A DNA stretch of 64,000 nt, taken from the NCBI RefSeq assembly GCF_963506605.1, contig NC_083288.1, forward strand, positions 21,390,001-21,454,000. Direction: 5' to 3'. Below the pieces are notes generated by a model. It worked only from the letters and a program-made list of their open reading frames with translations. It had not been told where the DNA came from and made no database searches. Position 1 is the stretch's first letter. The number at the start of each line of letters is the position of its first letter. The translations under genes and the position numbers were made by a program. This document shows positions 11,821 through 24,796 of this stretch, piece after piece. The DNA comes from Zootoca vivipara (lineage: Eukaryota).

Positions 11821-12290
11821 TAGAATCATAGAATCATAGAGCTGGAAGAGACCACAAGGGCCATCCAGTCCAACCCCCTGCCAAGCAGGAAACACCATCA
11901 AAGCATTCCTGACATATGCCTGTCAAGCCTCCGCTTAAAGACCTCCAAAGAAGGAGACTCCACCACACTCCTTGGCAGCTAATTCCACTGCCAAACAGCT
12001 CTTACTGTCAGGAAGTTCTTCCTAATGTTTAGGTGGAATCTTCTTTCTTGTAGTTTAAATCCATTGCTCCGTGTCCGCTTCTCTGGAGCAGCAGAAAACA
12101 ATCTTTCTCCCTCCTCTATATGACATCCTTTTATATATTTGAACATGGCTATCATATCACCCCTTAACCTTCTCTTTTCCAGGCTAAACATACCCAGCTC
12201 CCTAAGGTTCCTCATAAGGCATCGTTTCCTGGCCTTTGACCATTTTGGTTGCCCTCCTCTGGACACGTTCCAGCTTGTCAGTATCCTTCT
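11821..12290 (-). mobile_element. CR1 LINE 3' fragment (ORF2 C-terminus, 3'UTR and (ATTCTATG)n tail)
   Basis: ORF 11979..12443 contains LRELGMFSLEKRRLRGDMIAMFKY...RTRSNGFKLQERRFHLNIRKNFLTVRAVWQWN, the classic CR1 ORF2 end; tail reads tagaatcatagaatcataga on the plus strand. Confidence 0.92.
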
Positions 12291-13669
12291 GACAAACTGG
12301 AACATGACAAGACGTTCCTGACAAAAAGTAGGTATTTCTCTCATTTGGACTGTTGTATGAAGGTGGTTCTTGCCATTTCTATTATCTCCAAACTTCAGTG
12401 TGAGTGAGCTTAGCTGGAGACTCTTCTTGCTAGAGGTCCTCACTCACAGCGATTTGTGAATGTCTGCGGCTAGTGAACTCAGCCCATAGAAGTGTGCTCA
12501 CACTCACAAATCATTTAGGATTACTGCAAAGTTCAAAAGGCTTGAGCAGTGCTCACCCCAGAATCCGCTGTAAAACTATTTGTCAGCAGATAAATTTATG
12601 TGCAGGAAAAGGCTTAATGATCATGTTAAGTTTAAAAAGTGCTGGTTTAAAAAGGAGACATTACACCCACCCAAGTAAATCACTCTTGTATTCTCTTTAC
12701 CATTCTCAAATTTAAAAGGCATGTTATCTACATTCGAACTTTTTGTTAAAATTAACCAGAATCAATCTATCCCTGTTTCTCAAGGGAAAACACAGCAAGG
12801 AAAATCACCCACAGATTTGTTTTGCAAATCCTTCCATTTCATATCCTCTGACATAAAAAAAAACCCTCTGAAACCAGGAGATCAGGGTGTGTGGGGAATC
12901 TATGGCACTGACATGGCTGTGCTTATTTCACATATCTGCAACTGCTTGCAAAAGGGCACAGTTTAGTACTAGGCACAAAATTCAGCACCAGCTCTTTCTA
13001 TGAAGTAAATTTCTAACACTTGTTAGAAGTGTAGTTGTAGCAAGCAGATTCTAAATGCTAGGCACTGCTCAAGTGAGAACCCGAGAGACCCCTAGATCAG
13101 AGTGGAGCTTCTGTGCTTTGTATAGCACCTCCCCACAAGCAGAAGCAGCAAAAAAATAATGCAAAATTAGCCAAAACAAACATAGTGGCCAGGAGTCAAA
13201 GAAACATGAAACCAGTCTCAGCACTTGGCTAACTGCTTTTGAAAATGAAGTGAATATCAAAAGCAGCTCAAGATACTACAAAGGAATCACCTATTCAAAA
13301 AAGTAGAAATGAAATCAGGACCTTCCACTTGATAATTCATTTGCATAATTTATTCATGTTTCAGAATACTGGTTATCTAAGTTTAAACACATTCCTCAGG
13401 CTATTAGCTTAAAGTAAAATATTCTCTTGCAGGAAAACAACATTATGGCCAGCTGGGGCTACGGGGCCTTTGCTTGATCACGCTGAGGTGAAACCTACAC
13501 ACCTCACTAACAAGATGCCAAATTCATTAACTGCAAAGATGCTGTACTTCCAGAAATAGCACCTAACTTTGGGGAGACATTTCTACAGCAACGGAAGCAA
13601 TCTGCTGCCACAGGGGGAAAAAAGGGGGGGAATCAGGTTAGTGAAGAGGAAAGACAGGCAATCACTTAC

Positions 13670-13804
13670 CAAAGAAAAAAGATCATTCTGCAGCCCCAAC
13701 CTGTCCACAGGGGGTAAGGAGAGGTCACGGATAGCTGGGAGCAAACTCTCCAGCATGTCAGAACTGTATTGTGTACGGTAAAACCCTACCGTTCCCAGGT
13801 TCAG
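13670..13804 (-). CDS. NPEPPS: NPEPPS exon 16 (135 nt; LNLGTVGFYRTQYSSDMLESLLPAIRDLSLPPVDRLGLQNDLFSL)
   Basis: Manual translation; CAG/GTAAGT boundaries; phase 0-0. Confidence 0.96.
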
Positions 13805-15442
13805 CTGAAAATATAGAATGGGGAAATTCAGTCAGCAGTTTACAGAAGATAATCAAGAAACAAATCCACGGCCCCCAAATTACCCTTCAATGTATTCGAG
13901 TCAAACAGGGAGAACAGAACCAGGCAATTATTTTATATCACTGGTAGTACAGCTGTTTGTCACAGCAGCCCTGGCTACAAGCTCCTGTGGGGCAGTATGA
14001 GGAGGAACCTCTCTTGGGGGTGGGGTGGGGGGAACAGCTCAGAGACCAGGGACAGCAGCAGTGGCTGCCTAGAGCACTCCCAAGGAGAACAGGCTGAGGG
14101 AACACTCCACAAGAGAAGGTGTTTCAAAAAGGGTGAGAGGCAGCCAGCTTTGCAAGCAAGGGGTGACATAACTGGGCTCCTGAGCCCCACAGGGTTGCCG
14201 CAGAAAGGATGTAGTTGGTCAAGGGAGTCGTGGACTCAAAAAGGTTGAAAACCTCTGGTGTGAGAGATCATTATTTCAGTATTGCTATGAGGTAAGAGGG
14301 GATTAGAAAGTCTGTGTCTTGTGCCCACACTGAATAGTATGTACACATAATCATACTTGGTGCTGTTGGAGGATGCTGAAACATGCTTAGTTTGCTGCCC
14401 TCCAGGATGTTTGCTGCCCCTCCAGGGAGAATCACCTGGAAACAAAGGGACTGGAATGGCAAGCTTCAAAGCCAGAAATAATCAGCCTCGATAGTAAGTG
14501 ACATTCATTCAGCAATTCCATTACCACTGTCCTTGTCCTATCTGCATATTTATATTAACTGTGCCAACATTCACAGAGCCTCAACAATCTTTTCCCAGCC
14601 TCTGACACCTTAGAGAAGGAACACCTTAACAATCCAAAATTATAAACCAAGGCAACTTGCATGTTCATGGATATATCCTAACTTCGCATCATTTAACTTA
14701 AGTGAAGATTATGGACTCCTACTTCTGGAACTCCATCCAAGTAATGTCCCTGCCACCAAAAAGGTTTTGAAGACATACTTGTTTCAACTTTTTTGGTAAT
14801 CCTCTTTGTAAAAGAAAAAAAATTGACTGCAAAAAAAACCCCTCTCGATCAACATAATACATTTTATGAAGTAAGTATATCTGGATTTTAAAATTATTTT
14901 GGTATGATCCCCGCTAGTATTTTGGAATGTTGGTTTCACAGCTGATTATTAGATTTTTTTTATTAAAAAATGGTTTTGCTTATGTTGGGCTGAATGATGT
15001 TTTAACTGTTACTGCTAGCTGGCATTTTTGTTATTCTAATATACTAACTTTGCACTTTATATTATAATGGAATTGTGATATGTGTTATATGTTTGTAAGC
15101 GACCTGGATAGAATGGCCTTACAATCAAACAAACAAACAAACAAGCACCTCTTCTCTTCTGAAATCCACAATTAAAAATTAGTTCATATACCGGTAGTAT
15201 CTCTGATTTATAGCTACTTTTTCAGACAACAGCTGCTACTATAACTTTATCAGCCAGAAGGACTCAGGACACTTCCATAGTCCTGGTGTTTGGGTTGTGA
15301 AGCAGCACAACTTTAAGGTAACAAGACCATAACATGCTGCAAGAATACGCATCTTAGACCAGTGTGCTGGCCAATCAAGGTGCTGACACATTTGGACAGT
15401 CTGCCAGGTTGATTCAAAAGACTGTCTCCCCTTTCTGCTCAC

Positions 15443-15582
15443 CTTCACCCACTGCTCTGGCTTCACGTCTTTCAAAACCAACGTCAACTCGGGCTTGTCC
15501 ATCAACACTTGCATTTTGGCATGGGTTGGGTCTTCACTTGTACAGATGCTGATGGGTATCATCCACTGAGGGTTATCATCCC
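15443..15582 (-). CDS. NPEPPS: NPEPPS exon 15 (140 nt; (G)DDNPQWMIPISICTSEDPTHAKMQVLMDKPELTLVLKDVKPEQWVK)
   Basis: Within ORF 15239..15649; TAG/GTGAGC boundaries. Confidence 0.95.
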
Positions 15583-16067
15583 CTATATGAAAAAAAGAGA
15601 AGAATGCCTGACAGAACAAGGCATGGTATGGCAAACTGCCCAGCCCCACGGAAACACCCCTTTTATCGCTTTAAACTCACAGCTGCTCCAAGTCAGCACA
15701 TTTGTACAGTATCAATGCAATGATTCTGCAAAGAGAAAATATCTAAGTTCCTTTTTTAAAAAATAAAAATCTGAAGAGCACTTTGGAGATCTATGACTTA
15801 TATTTCAGAACAATAGTTCTCAAGTTCAGCATTGATTGACTTCCTACAGACTGTAACCGAGGGAGAGATATGAAGCAGGACCATTCCATGGGCTCTGCTG
15901 ACATGCCAGCTCCCTTCCTCAACTGTCACTTGGCAGCAGCCATTTCATCAGGCTGCAGCCGAGAGAGATGGGAAATGGCCACTCTGTTAGCTCTGCTGGG
16001 ACAGGAACTCCATTTGGCTCCTCCACTCCCTGAACTGTTCCCATTCCGGTGGGTCATTACAGTAGTA

Positions 16068-16310
16068 CAGTGGTACCTCTACTTACAAATTTAATGCGTT
16101 CTGAACGCACATTCGTAAGTAAAAAAAAAAATGTAAGTCGAATCCCATAGGAATGGATTGGGAGAAAAAATTCGTAAGTCGAAGCAACCCTATCTAAAAA
16201 TTCGTAAGTAGAAAAAAATCCTATCTAAACTGCACCCAAGATGGCGGACAGAGCTCCGTTCGTAAGTAGAAACATTCATAAGTAGTTATTCGTAAGTAGA
16301 GGTACCACTG
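16068..16310. mobile_element. Tigger/pogo-like MITE
   Basis: TIR cagtggtacctctacttac / gtaagtagaggtaccactg (19 nt perfect); TA TSD; internal ttcgtaagt repeats. Confidence 0.88.
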
Positions 16311-17172
16311 TACTACGAAACTAGGAACTGGTGTCAAAGTTTACTCATTTCCCTCTTCCCTCCTCATCCTTTTCCTTTATGTCTTTTGAGTTATGAGCCT
16401 GCTGGCAAGGACTGTCTTTTTCCAGTCACTTTGAAGGTGGAGGTGTCATTAAAAGCTAGGCATGAACTATTTATATTAAGAATTGCTCCTTTAAACACAC
16501 ACATTTAGCCATATTGGGCTTGGATTAGGCAGTGCAACACTTGCTAAAAGTCAGAACCGTGTGGTAGCAGTTCAAGTGAGGCCTGCACCCTTTTAAGCAA
16601 GCGAACTTGGAAAGCAAGGGTGCTCTGGTGCCAATGCATCAATGCGACAACTGAATGGTTATCCTTTCACACATCCCAGATGGTTCTAATGTTTAGCTAT
16701 TAAAAGTAACTACACAGAAGGGAGACAAATGTGAGGAGGAAACACAGTATGGTTATATGTTTGTGTGAGAATGTGTGAAAAATTTCTCAGGGCTGCTCTT
16801 GCCTCTGTCAACCTGAGCAAACAGCTGCTTGAGCAGAACCACGGAAAGTTCAGTGCTATCCCACTGAGTTCATTTAGCAAGCTACTCCTGGGATTGGGAA
16901 AATAGTGAAACATTCCAATTATTCATTACTTTCCTTTGGAAAATATTCATAAAGCTATTCAACCACCATAGTTTTCAAGCAATGAAAGCTGCACAAAAAG
17001 CTTAGAAAATATATGCTCCTGCATAAACTCTACAAAACTATTCAATTCTGCTCATGAATGCTTAGAAGAACTCTTACGTTCAGTCTGGTAATGAATATGA
17101 AAGAAATCTTGTATTTTCAAGAGCAGCAAACAAAATTGTCATAGGAAGGAAGTACATCGCTAGGACAAATAT

Positions 17173-17400
17173 GAGAGCTTAATCTGCTCAGCTTAGAAAA
17201 AGAAAGGTTGAATAGGGACATAATTACACTCTACAATAAAAAGGTAAGTAGAAATGGAAGCAGTTATAGATAGCTGCAGGTATAAGGCTACAAAAGCTGA
17301 CTGTTAGCAAATATAATCTTGAAAATCAATGAATGTTTTGAACTAGTGAGAGGTATGAAGTTCTGGAACAGTGAAGATAGCTTAGCTTAAGAGTATATAG
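17173..17400 (+). mobile_element. Highly degraded CR1 ORF2 3' remnant
   Basis: gagcttaatctgctcagcttagaaaaagaaaggttgaatagggacataatt translates ELNLLSLEKERLNRDII, resembling CR1 ELGLFSLEKRRLRGDLI. Confidence 0.5.
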
Positions 17401-17677
17401 TTGTGCCTCCTTCACTAGATTTTCTATAAGGTGGGTTCTCTTACTTCTCTTCTAGAAAGGGACTACCACAACTAGAATATCCTCCAAGTTCCTTCAGGAG
17501 ACAGGTTGAACGAGTCTCTTTCAAACCCAGTGTCTGACCGTTATATTTGCCACCAAAAAGTAATCTCTCCATCCTCATCTAGGAGGAGCCAGTGGTTTGT
17601 TTGCCTTTTTGTTATGTGCTTTCTCCTGGAACACATGGTTTTACTTGCTTGCATCAGTAATCCGGTGCTATTTGAAG

Positions 17678-17811
17678 CAAGGGTGACCAACCCATGGCCC
17701 TCCAGATACTGGACTCCAGTTCCAATCAGTCCCAGCAGCATGGCCAATGGTCAGGGATTATGAGAGTTTTAGTCCAGCAAAATATGGAAGTCCACTGGTT
17801 AGCTACTCCTG
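17678..17811. mobile_element. Degenerate URR1-like hAT MITE
   Basis: ggccctccagat...ggactccagttccaatcagtcccagcagcatggccaatggtcagggattatgagagttttagtcc resembles the 28283 and 35935 copies. Confidence 0.6.
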
Positions 17812-18392
17812 CACTAAAGGCTCCTTCCTGAAGTGGAGCTGTAATATTGATTGCGTGCATTGATGACTCTGCTGTCCAGCACAGATTATGCTAAAAGGTG
17901 TTTTTTTTTGTCCTTTCTAACTCTGTGATAAATAAGCACTCAGATACCTACCAACTACATGCCTAACAAGGCCTAAATATGTGATTTGTCAAATATGTGT
18001 GGCAACGGAGCAGCTGAGTGCAGTATCTGCAATATTGAATCCATTCTACACTAGAGTTGCATGTGCAGGGGGAGGGGGAAACACTGTGTAAATCCATTTC
18101 TACTGCCTTCCAGAAATGTTCTGGATACACATAGCACCGAGTACACATTGTAAAGAAAATTTAAAGGCAGATTACAATCTTCCTAGTTAAAACATGCAGA
18201 CTGTAAGAAGGAAAATAATGAAAAACTAGAACTTCAGGCTTAGTAGTAAATATCAAGTTATTTCAAACATCTAAATCCTAAAAAGGACACCTGCCTGCAG
18301 AAACTGACAGTGCAAGTGCTGTTTCCCAGAATGGTTGGTGTCACGTACAATATGGTGCGCTGCTTGGCTCCTGCTATTAGCCATCGCCTTAC

Positions 18393-18456
18393 CACTAAAT
18401 GGTCCGCTGGCACAGAATTTCTTCTGGACTAGCTTCAACACTTTTTCATCTTCTCG
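18393..18456 (-). CDS. NPEPPS: NPEPPS exon 14 (64 nt; REDEKVLKLVQKKFCASGPFS+G)
   Basis: Within ORF 18271..18501; aligns to human VEDDRLLRLSQKKFCAGGSYVG; CAG/GTAAGG boundaries. Confidence 0.93.
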
Positions 18457-20339
18457 CTGGAGTAGAGAACAAGAGGCAAGAATAGTATTCAAAGGTTTCA
18501 AGTAAGATCATATGCCCAGAACCCATCCAGCTATGAGGGCCTCATTCCTTAAATTCACAGGCCAGATTAGGCTGGTCAAATGCCCAACATGCTGAGCTGC
18601 TACTTCTTTCCCAATTCTCACCCCCCTCTGTTGTTGCCCTCACATTCCCACATACCTTTTTTCTGTTGGTCCCAATGATCTCTGGTGCCCCAGTCACAGC
18701 TGCCATGTTTTCTTATGACACTGTATTGCATCACATATAATATAGCATAACCAGGACTGGGTTATCAGTGGCCACAGGTTAAGTAGGACAAATGAGATTC
18801 TAGCAAGACAGATTAGGTAGCCTGGTTGCCTGGCAAAATGTGGCACTGGCTCAAGCTGATCCATGGTTCAGTTTAGCAAACTTAAATTCTACATCAGGCC
18901 TTAGGCCTTGAATATAAGAGGACATAATCAAATGCGTTTGGATGAGAGTCTCCAGTTAAATAACCATTCAAAGCCTCTCATGCAATGCTGCTAATGATAC
19001 TTCAGGGATATAGAGGACCAAAATATAGACTTTTATGGCTGAATGGCTTTCACCACAAAAACAGAAGTTTCTATGCTTAACCACAACCATCCCAATGATT
19101 ATTCGAGGAATGAGCGTTGTGGCTTATAAATGAAGGCAACCACCTGAAAGATGGATATGGAAGAAAACACATCTGAGCACCCTGTTGAGTAACCAAAACC
19201 ACTTCTAATCTGGGATTAGGGGACGGTGCTCCCAAACCAATAATTTAAGTGCCTTATAGCACCTTTTTTTAAATGAAGCAAATTTGCCGCAATTGATAAT
19301 TTATCATATTGTTGTACTATTTGACTCTATGACTTTATGTTAAATTACATTATTTTAGAGGAAAGTCATACCAAAACTTGGAATAGTGCTTAGGTCTCAG
19401 TCCTTAAGAGTATGAGTCACGACATAGGAACTTCCTGCTGTAAATCTCAGCCCAGCAATGAAGTCGCTGGAGAGCCTTATGAGGCACCTTTTCTGCCCCC
19501 AAAATAGCATTTGCACCATGGGACTTAAACTCGCTCCCTTTAGAGAGTTACATCTAATGAATACGTAAGTACTTGCACTTTGGAAAATGTTATATAATGT
19601 CACATTAATGAAAAGTGAATATGGATATTCTTCTAGTGTTTAGAAAATTGAGGCTTGCTGCACCACATACACTTCCCGTCTTCTTCCCACACCTGTTTTC
19701 TCAACCCTCTCCCATAAATCCTGCCCTCTACTGCTTCATCAATTTTGTTTTTAGTTGCAGCTCCAAGTAACAATTTTGGATAGTTTCCTTCCTGCATTTA
19801 CAAACTTGTTATTTTTGGTGGGGAAGTCTCCGAACACAGACAAAAAAAACCTTATCTAAGAATTTAAGTTATCATAGCAATGCACTGTTAAAAACAGCCT
19901 GCTGCCTGAAGCACTGGAGGAGCAAGGGCATTCTAGGAAAGCAACTCATTCATCTCACACCTTTAGCACCTGCTATTCTTCCTCAGAGGAATCAGATGCA
20001 GGGGTGGGTTGGGGTACAGGAGAAACAGAATTAAGGACATGCTCACTAGCTTTGTGTACAACTTCCAAATGGACTTCAATGGCAAGTCCAAACTAAGCAA
20101 CAAACCATTTCAAAGCTGTACTGCCTGGGCTCCCTTATTATAACTGCCTTCCAGAGAGCAGCAAAATTATTTGTCATCTGGCTCCCCCTCAACCTCATTC
20201 TAAATTTTGTTTTATAGTATTTTATTTCTTTTCATGTTTTATTTATGGACATCCTAGGACTGAAAGGCAGGATAGAAATGTTTCAATGACTATAATATTG
20301 AAAGCTATGCCGCTCCATTAGAGGATCTGTAGGAGCATC

Positions 20340-20710
20340 TATGGTTGTTTAATAAGTTGGTGAGGCTCATTTGATATCAGGACAAAACTGACCTTTAGTA
20401 TCATTGGTCCAGCCCTGTGGAATGCTCTCTCAATCAGCAGATGTATTCTTTATTTGCTGAGAAGTTTGCTGAAAATGTTTCTTTGCCACCAGGCTTATGT
20501 GGACAATTAAAAAAAACTTTTTCTGTAATAATTAGCTGGTGATCTATTTTAATTTTTTAAGTTAGTATTTTATTGATTTTTAGTTACAAATTAATTAGAT
20601 CTAAGAAAGAAGAAAACGGCTTAATTTATATATATTTTTATTGCAAATCGCTTTGCTATTTTTAAATGAAATTGCGGTATGCAAGCATTTTAATAAATAA
20701 AAAATAAAGA
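20340..20710 (+). mobile_element. Old L2-like LINE 3' remnant
   Basis: ccagccctgtggaatgctctc motif, and a 3' tail ttgcaaatcgctttg...gcggtatgcaagcattttaataaataaa. Confidence 0.5.
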
Positions 20711-21245
20711 ACATCTCAGAAGGGTTTTCTGCATTTGCCATCTCTAAAATATCACAAATTTTATGAAGCCTTCAATATCACAGTTAAGACCATGTAAATT
20801 AAATGTTTTTGAAATTTTGACTCAATTTATTCAACCTAGATGCTGGTGACGTGTGCATGCATGCATTGTGTTTGACAGAAAATGCATAATTCAGGCATCA
20901 AGCTCAACTATGGTTCAGGAAGTGTAAGTATGGTTTGGCATGATGTCTGCAACACCACCACAGTTTGTGATCAAGTTAGAAAACTACAGTTTCTAGTGTG
21001 TACACAAAATGCCATTCAAGCTAACTAAGGTTTGGTATAATATTTGAACTGACAAGCCAGAAGTTACAGCTGCTGTTCCAGAGGGCCCTTTTCAATACAG
21101 AAATGGGGGTGCCGAGCAGATGGGAAACAAATGCATAGAAACTAGATCTAACTGGGGTTGGTGTCTATGTTTGAAAGCGCAACCATTTTGCATGTTGTCT
21201 CAACTGAGCCACTATAAAAGTAAGAAAGTAATACCGTATACCTAC

Positions 21246-21355
21246 CTGTTCTGCCTCCACATAAACAAGTGGAAATCCCATTTGTTTGGTCCATGTACTC
21301 ATCACAGCAGCAATAGGTTTACCACTCGATTGTTCCAGGCTTTCCCAAAGATCCT
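21246..21355 (-). CDS. NPEPPS: NPEPPS exon 13 (110 nt; (E)DLWESLEQSSGKPIAAVMSTWTKQMGFPLVYVEAEQ)
   Basis: Within ORF 21165..21440; WTKQMGFP motif; CAG/GTAGGT boundaries. Confidence 0.96.
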
Positions 21356-24300
21356 CTGTGGAAGGAAAAAAAACTCGCATGAAAATGCTCCCCCAACTAG
21401 TAAGCAGCTGCAGTTTCATTAAGTTAATACCAATACACAATCCTCTACAATTCTACTGCTGTTAATCATTTTTAAATAATTTTAATGCACAGAGTAATTT
21501 CCAAACAATTTGTTCACAGCTCCAACAAATTCTTTTGATAAGGCAAGCAGTCATCACTCCCATGAAACCAATAGGGGGAAAGGCAGTGAAACCCTACAGG
21601 GGGATTTGCTTCCCTTGTCCAACTCTTCCTAACCACCAATCTACATGCAGCTGCAACATCAAGACCCTCTCAACTCAATGCTGCTGCCACTTTCAAACCT
21701 CCTAGTTGGAGCCAGTGAGAATAGCCCAGAAATAAAAGTTATCATTACAGCAATGCAAATGTCTTTGGTATCAGTTTTAAGCTATGACAGCACCCCAAAT
21801 TACTAGGCCCATGTTTTCTAGAGATGTGTACTTAGAAAAAATGTTTTGCTTTCCACTCATTATTGTCTCAGCACTTTGACTTCACCCCCATAGGCTCGCT
21901 CCTCCACTCTCTTCTGAGACAGATGCTAACAATGATGGTCTCATTTCATTTGTTTCATTCATTTCTCCTTTGTTATGGTTCTACACTGACTGCAGTGCTG
22001 ATCCAGCCTGTTTTCTGGTGCCATCATTTCTTAAATGAAACCCAAATATCATGAAAACTGCAGGTGCTTTACACAGATTGCAAAAAGGGTTCCCAAAAGC
22101 TATTATGGGGTGACATTCTCTAAGCTTCCCAGTGCTTTATGCTTCAGAATGGACAGTTTTCATGTCTTGCCACTTTTAGAAGACTCCGAGATTACCTCAT
22201 CCCTGGCCTCCTACAGAATAGTCCCTTGATATATCCTTTGCTAAGCAATGTAATGCCACGTGCATGCTGATTTCAGGGTCTTCTCCACATGCTTCTGAGC
22301 CAGGAAAAATAGAATGGCTCAAATGCAGTGGCTCCCTCTTGGAGTCCTGATGAAGCCAGCACTTTGCGCGTGGTGAAAACTGAGCAGCTATTAGGAGAAT
22401 TGCCTGCAGGCTGGAGATTCGCTGGCTCCCCAATTCTCCCAGTTAGATGCTGCCCAAGGGGAATGGATCACGCTGCCCTGTTTCCCTTCCTTTAAAGGGG
22501 GGTGGGTGAGAGGGAGGCGAAATCCAAGAAGGGGTTGAAAAGAGGGAAGTAATCAACGTACCCTGAAACAGTCCAAGGAAGAAATAATCGGGGGGGGGGC
22601 ACTTAAATTGCAGGAAAAAACCAAGAAAATTCAATCCAAGCAAGGAAAAGGAAGTAGGGGGGGGAATCCACATGTGTTCCACTCACTGGTCTGGAAACTA
22701 TGGGATGACTCCCCCCCACAAGTTAGCACTGACACATGACCCTGTCTGACCAATCTGAGGAAGAGCAGCCCAGCATAAAGGCTGTCCTCCAGGAGCCTCT
22801 GGGGAATTAGAGGATTTTTGCTTCTCCCGTTCAGTTTTGTACTTTTCATTCATTTCTCTCAAGAGATTAATTAGAAACTAATGGTTTTGTTTTAAATTTC
22901 TTTTAGAAATGAATACACACCTGTACTAGGATGGATCTGGCTACTGCTTTGGTTTTTTTATTTAAAATGTACCTACGTGACTACACACTGAAGTTACACA
23001 GAGGTTCACAACAATTAAAACAATATAAAATATAAATTAAAAAGCAAATGCAGCATTGAAAATAAAACAGCAAACAGAAGTTAATTCCCATAGGCCAACT
23101 GAAACTTAAATCCATTTGCATATTTCTGCATCTGCAGACAGCAGAGTTATGACCAGTTAAGCCTGCACTGATCAATGCATTATGTTAACATGGGTCTTAA
23201 AAACTGCCAGCAGTCCCATAAAATCCAGAACATCTCATATGGGTTCTGAATCGCATCAGAAATCTCTTCTCAGTCCTGTCTTTCTGACTGCCAGTGACAT
23301 TCTGGAATTATTTGGCTGTTCAGTGTTCATTGATGCTAGTCTGTCAGGAAGAAAATAGGCTGCTGCCAGGCTGCTTCACAGCTTGTGCCAGGAATTCTTT
23401 GATTATGCTTCTTCCTGATCTCACTTGGGCTTCTCATTTGTTTCTCTTTGTCCCTTCTGTGAGCTTACATTCTGAGGCGGTTTGTGTGCCCAGACTTCAG
23501 TTCTGTTTCCCTGCCTACTCCCATCGTTCCATTCTGGCTTCCCTAATCCCAATTCTGTCCAAGCAACTAGGCTGCTTGTGTTCTAGCAAGTTCCTGAGAA
23601 ATTGGAAACTGTCTGTAATGTATGGGTATGGCTTGTCAATGCACAAAAGGAACAACCCAGATCTGTTAGGGAAAGCGTAAGTTCAAGCTGACAACATTTA
23701 AACTCTTAGTAAAGTACTTAAATTCCACTTATTTCAAGAGAATGTAGGTATGTGCCTCAGTTCTCTGTGCTGTGGCCAATATATTTCCCAAGGAAGTGGG
23801 AAATTACTGAAATGTTGCAAAAAAAAAAAAGCTGACATCTGAACTGGCTTCGAGTTTCCATACACCTGCCAGTTACATTCTGATGGAAAATAACTGCTGA
23901 CAGAACTTCCTCCTCTCCCCCCGCAAATCCTTTTGCTTGACGAGAGGCTGGAATGCAAAGAGCTACACAACTAGTTTGCAATTGAGTTTGGGGTTTGCCT
24001 TGTTAGAAGGAGAAGCCTCCGTCCCCCAGGGGAATCTACTTTTGAAATGGGAGGGGACTTTGAAACAACAATTTGTGATATGGCTTGAGGTTCTGCTGTT
24101 CAGCCAAAGCTCGCTTTAAATAATGTCAGGTCCTTGAGCAAGTCTAAAGCAGCTCTTCAGATTTATGGCCAGAAACACTACTGAATACTTGGAACAGCAA
24201 CCCAAAAAAGCATCAACAGGGTGCAATTCCTCCCTTGGCAGAGAGGTATAGTTTGAGCTCTCTGTTTTGTACAGCACCAACCATATGACTGTATTACATA

Positions 24301-24735
24301 TATTAAGAGCAGTAAAAGCAAAGTGAGCTTCTTCCCATTCCATCATCTATTATTGATTTTCAGACATTTAATTCATGTATGATCATTTTTGGGGGGGGGG
24401 AGTTAGCAGAGGAATGAATAGAAGATCAGTTTGCATCTGGGTCAGGAAATAAACAAGCCATGTTTCCAATTCAGAATCTGACCTGGGTTTCCCCAAAGTA
24501 AATTTAGCCTATTACTACTGCAAATTTCCAGATGGTCAGAGAAAAGTATTGTGAGAAGGATCACACACTCATACAGATATAGTTTGATAGGAAACACTTT
24601 GCTGGTGAACTTCCCTGCATTTCAGGCAGAAAACAATTATCACTGGGGGGGGGGGGTTCAACATCTCTGTATAATGTAATGTTCTGGGGACAAGGAGACA
24701 ACAAAAGAGAGAGTACAAACACAACAGCCAGTTAC

Positions 24736-24796
24736 CTGTAGCTGCATTCTTATGTTGAAACTTGGTAAGGTAGAGGTGCATTCCTTTCCGGAAGTC
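24736..24796 (-). CDS. NPEPPS: NPEPPS exon 12 (61 nt; DFRKGMHLYLTKFQHKNAAT+G)
   Basis: Overlaps start of ORF 24569..24781; CAG/GTAACT boundaries. Confidence 0.95.

Noticed and set aside
11979-12443. Longest ORF in the track (154 aa) as a separate gene
   Set aside because: The C-terminal part is a CR1 ORF2 remnant fused by chance to intronic sequence.
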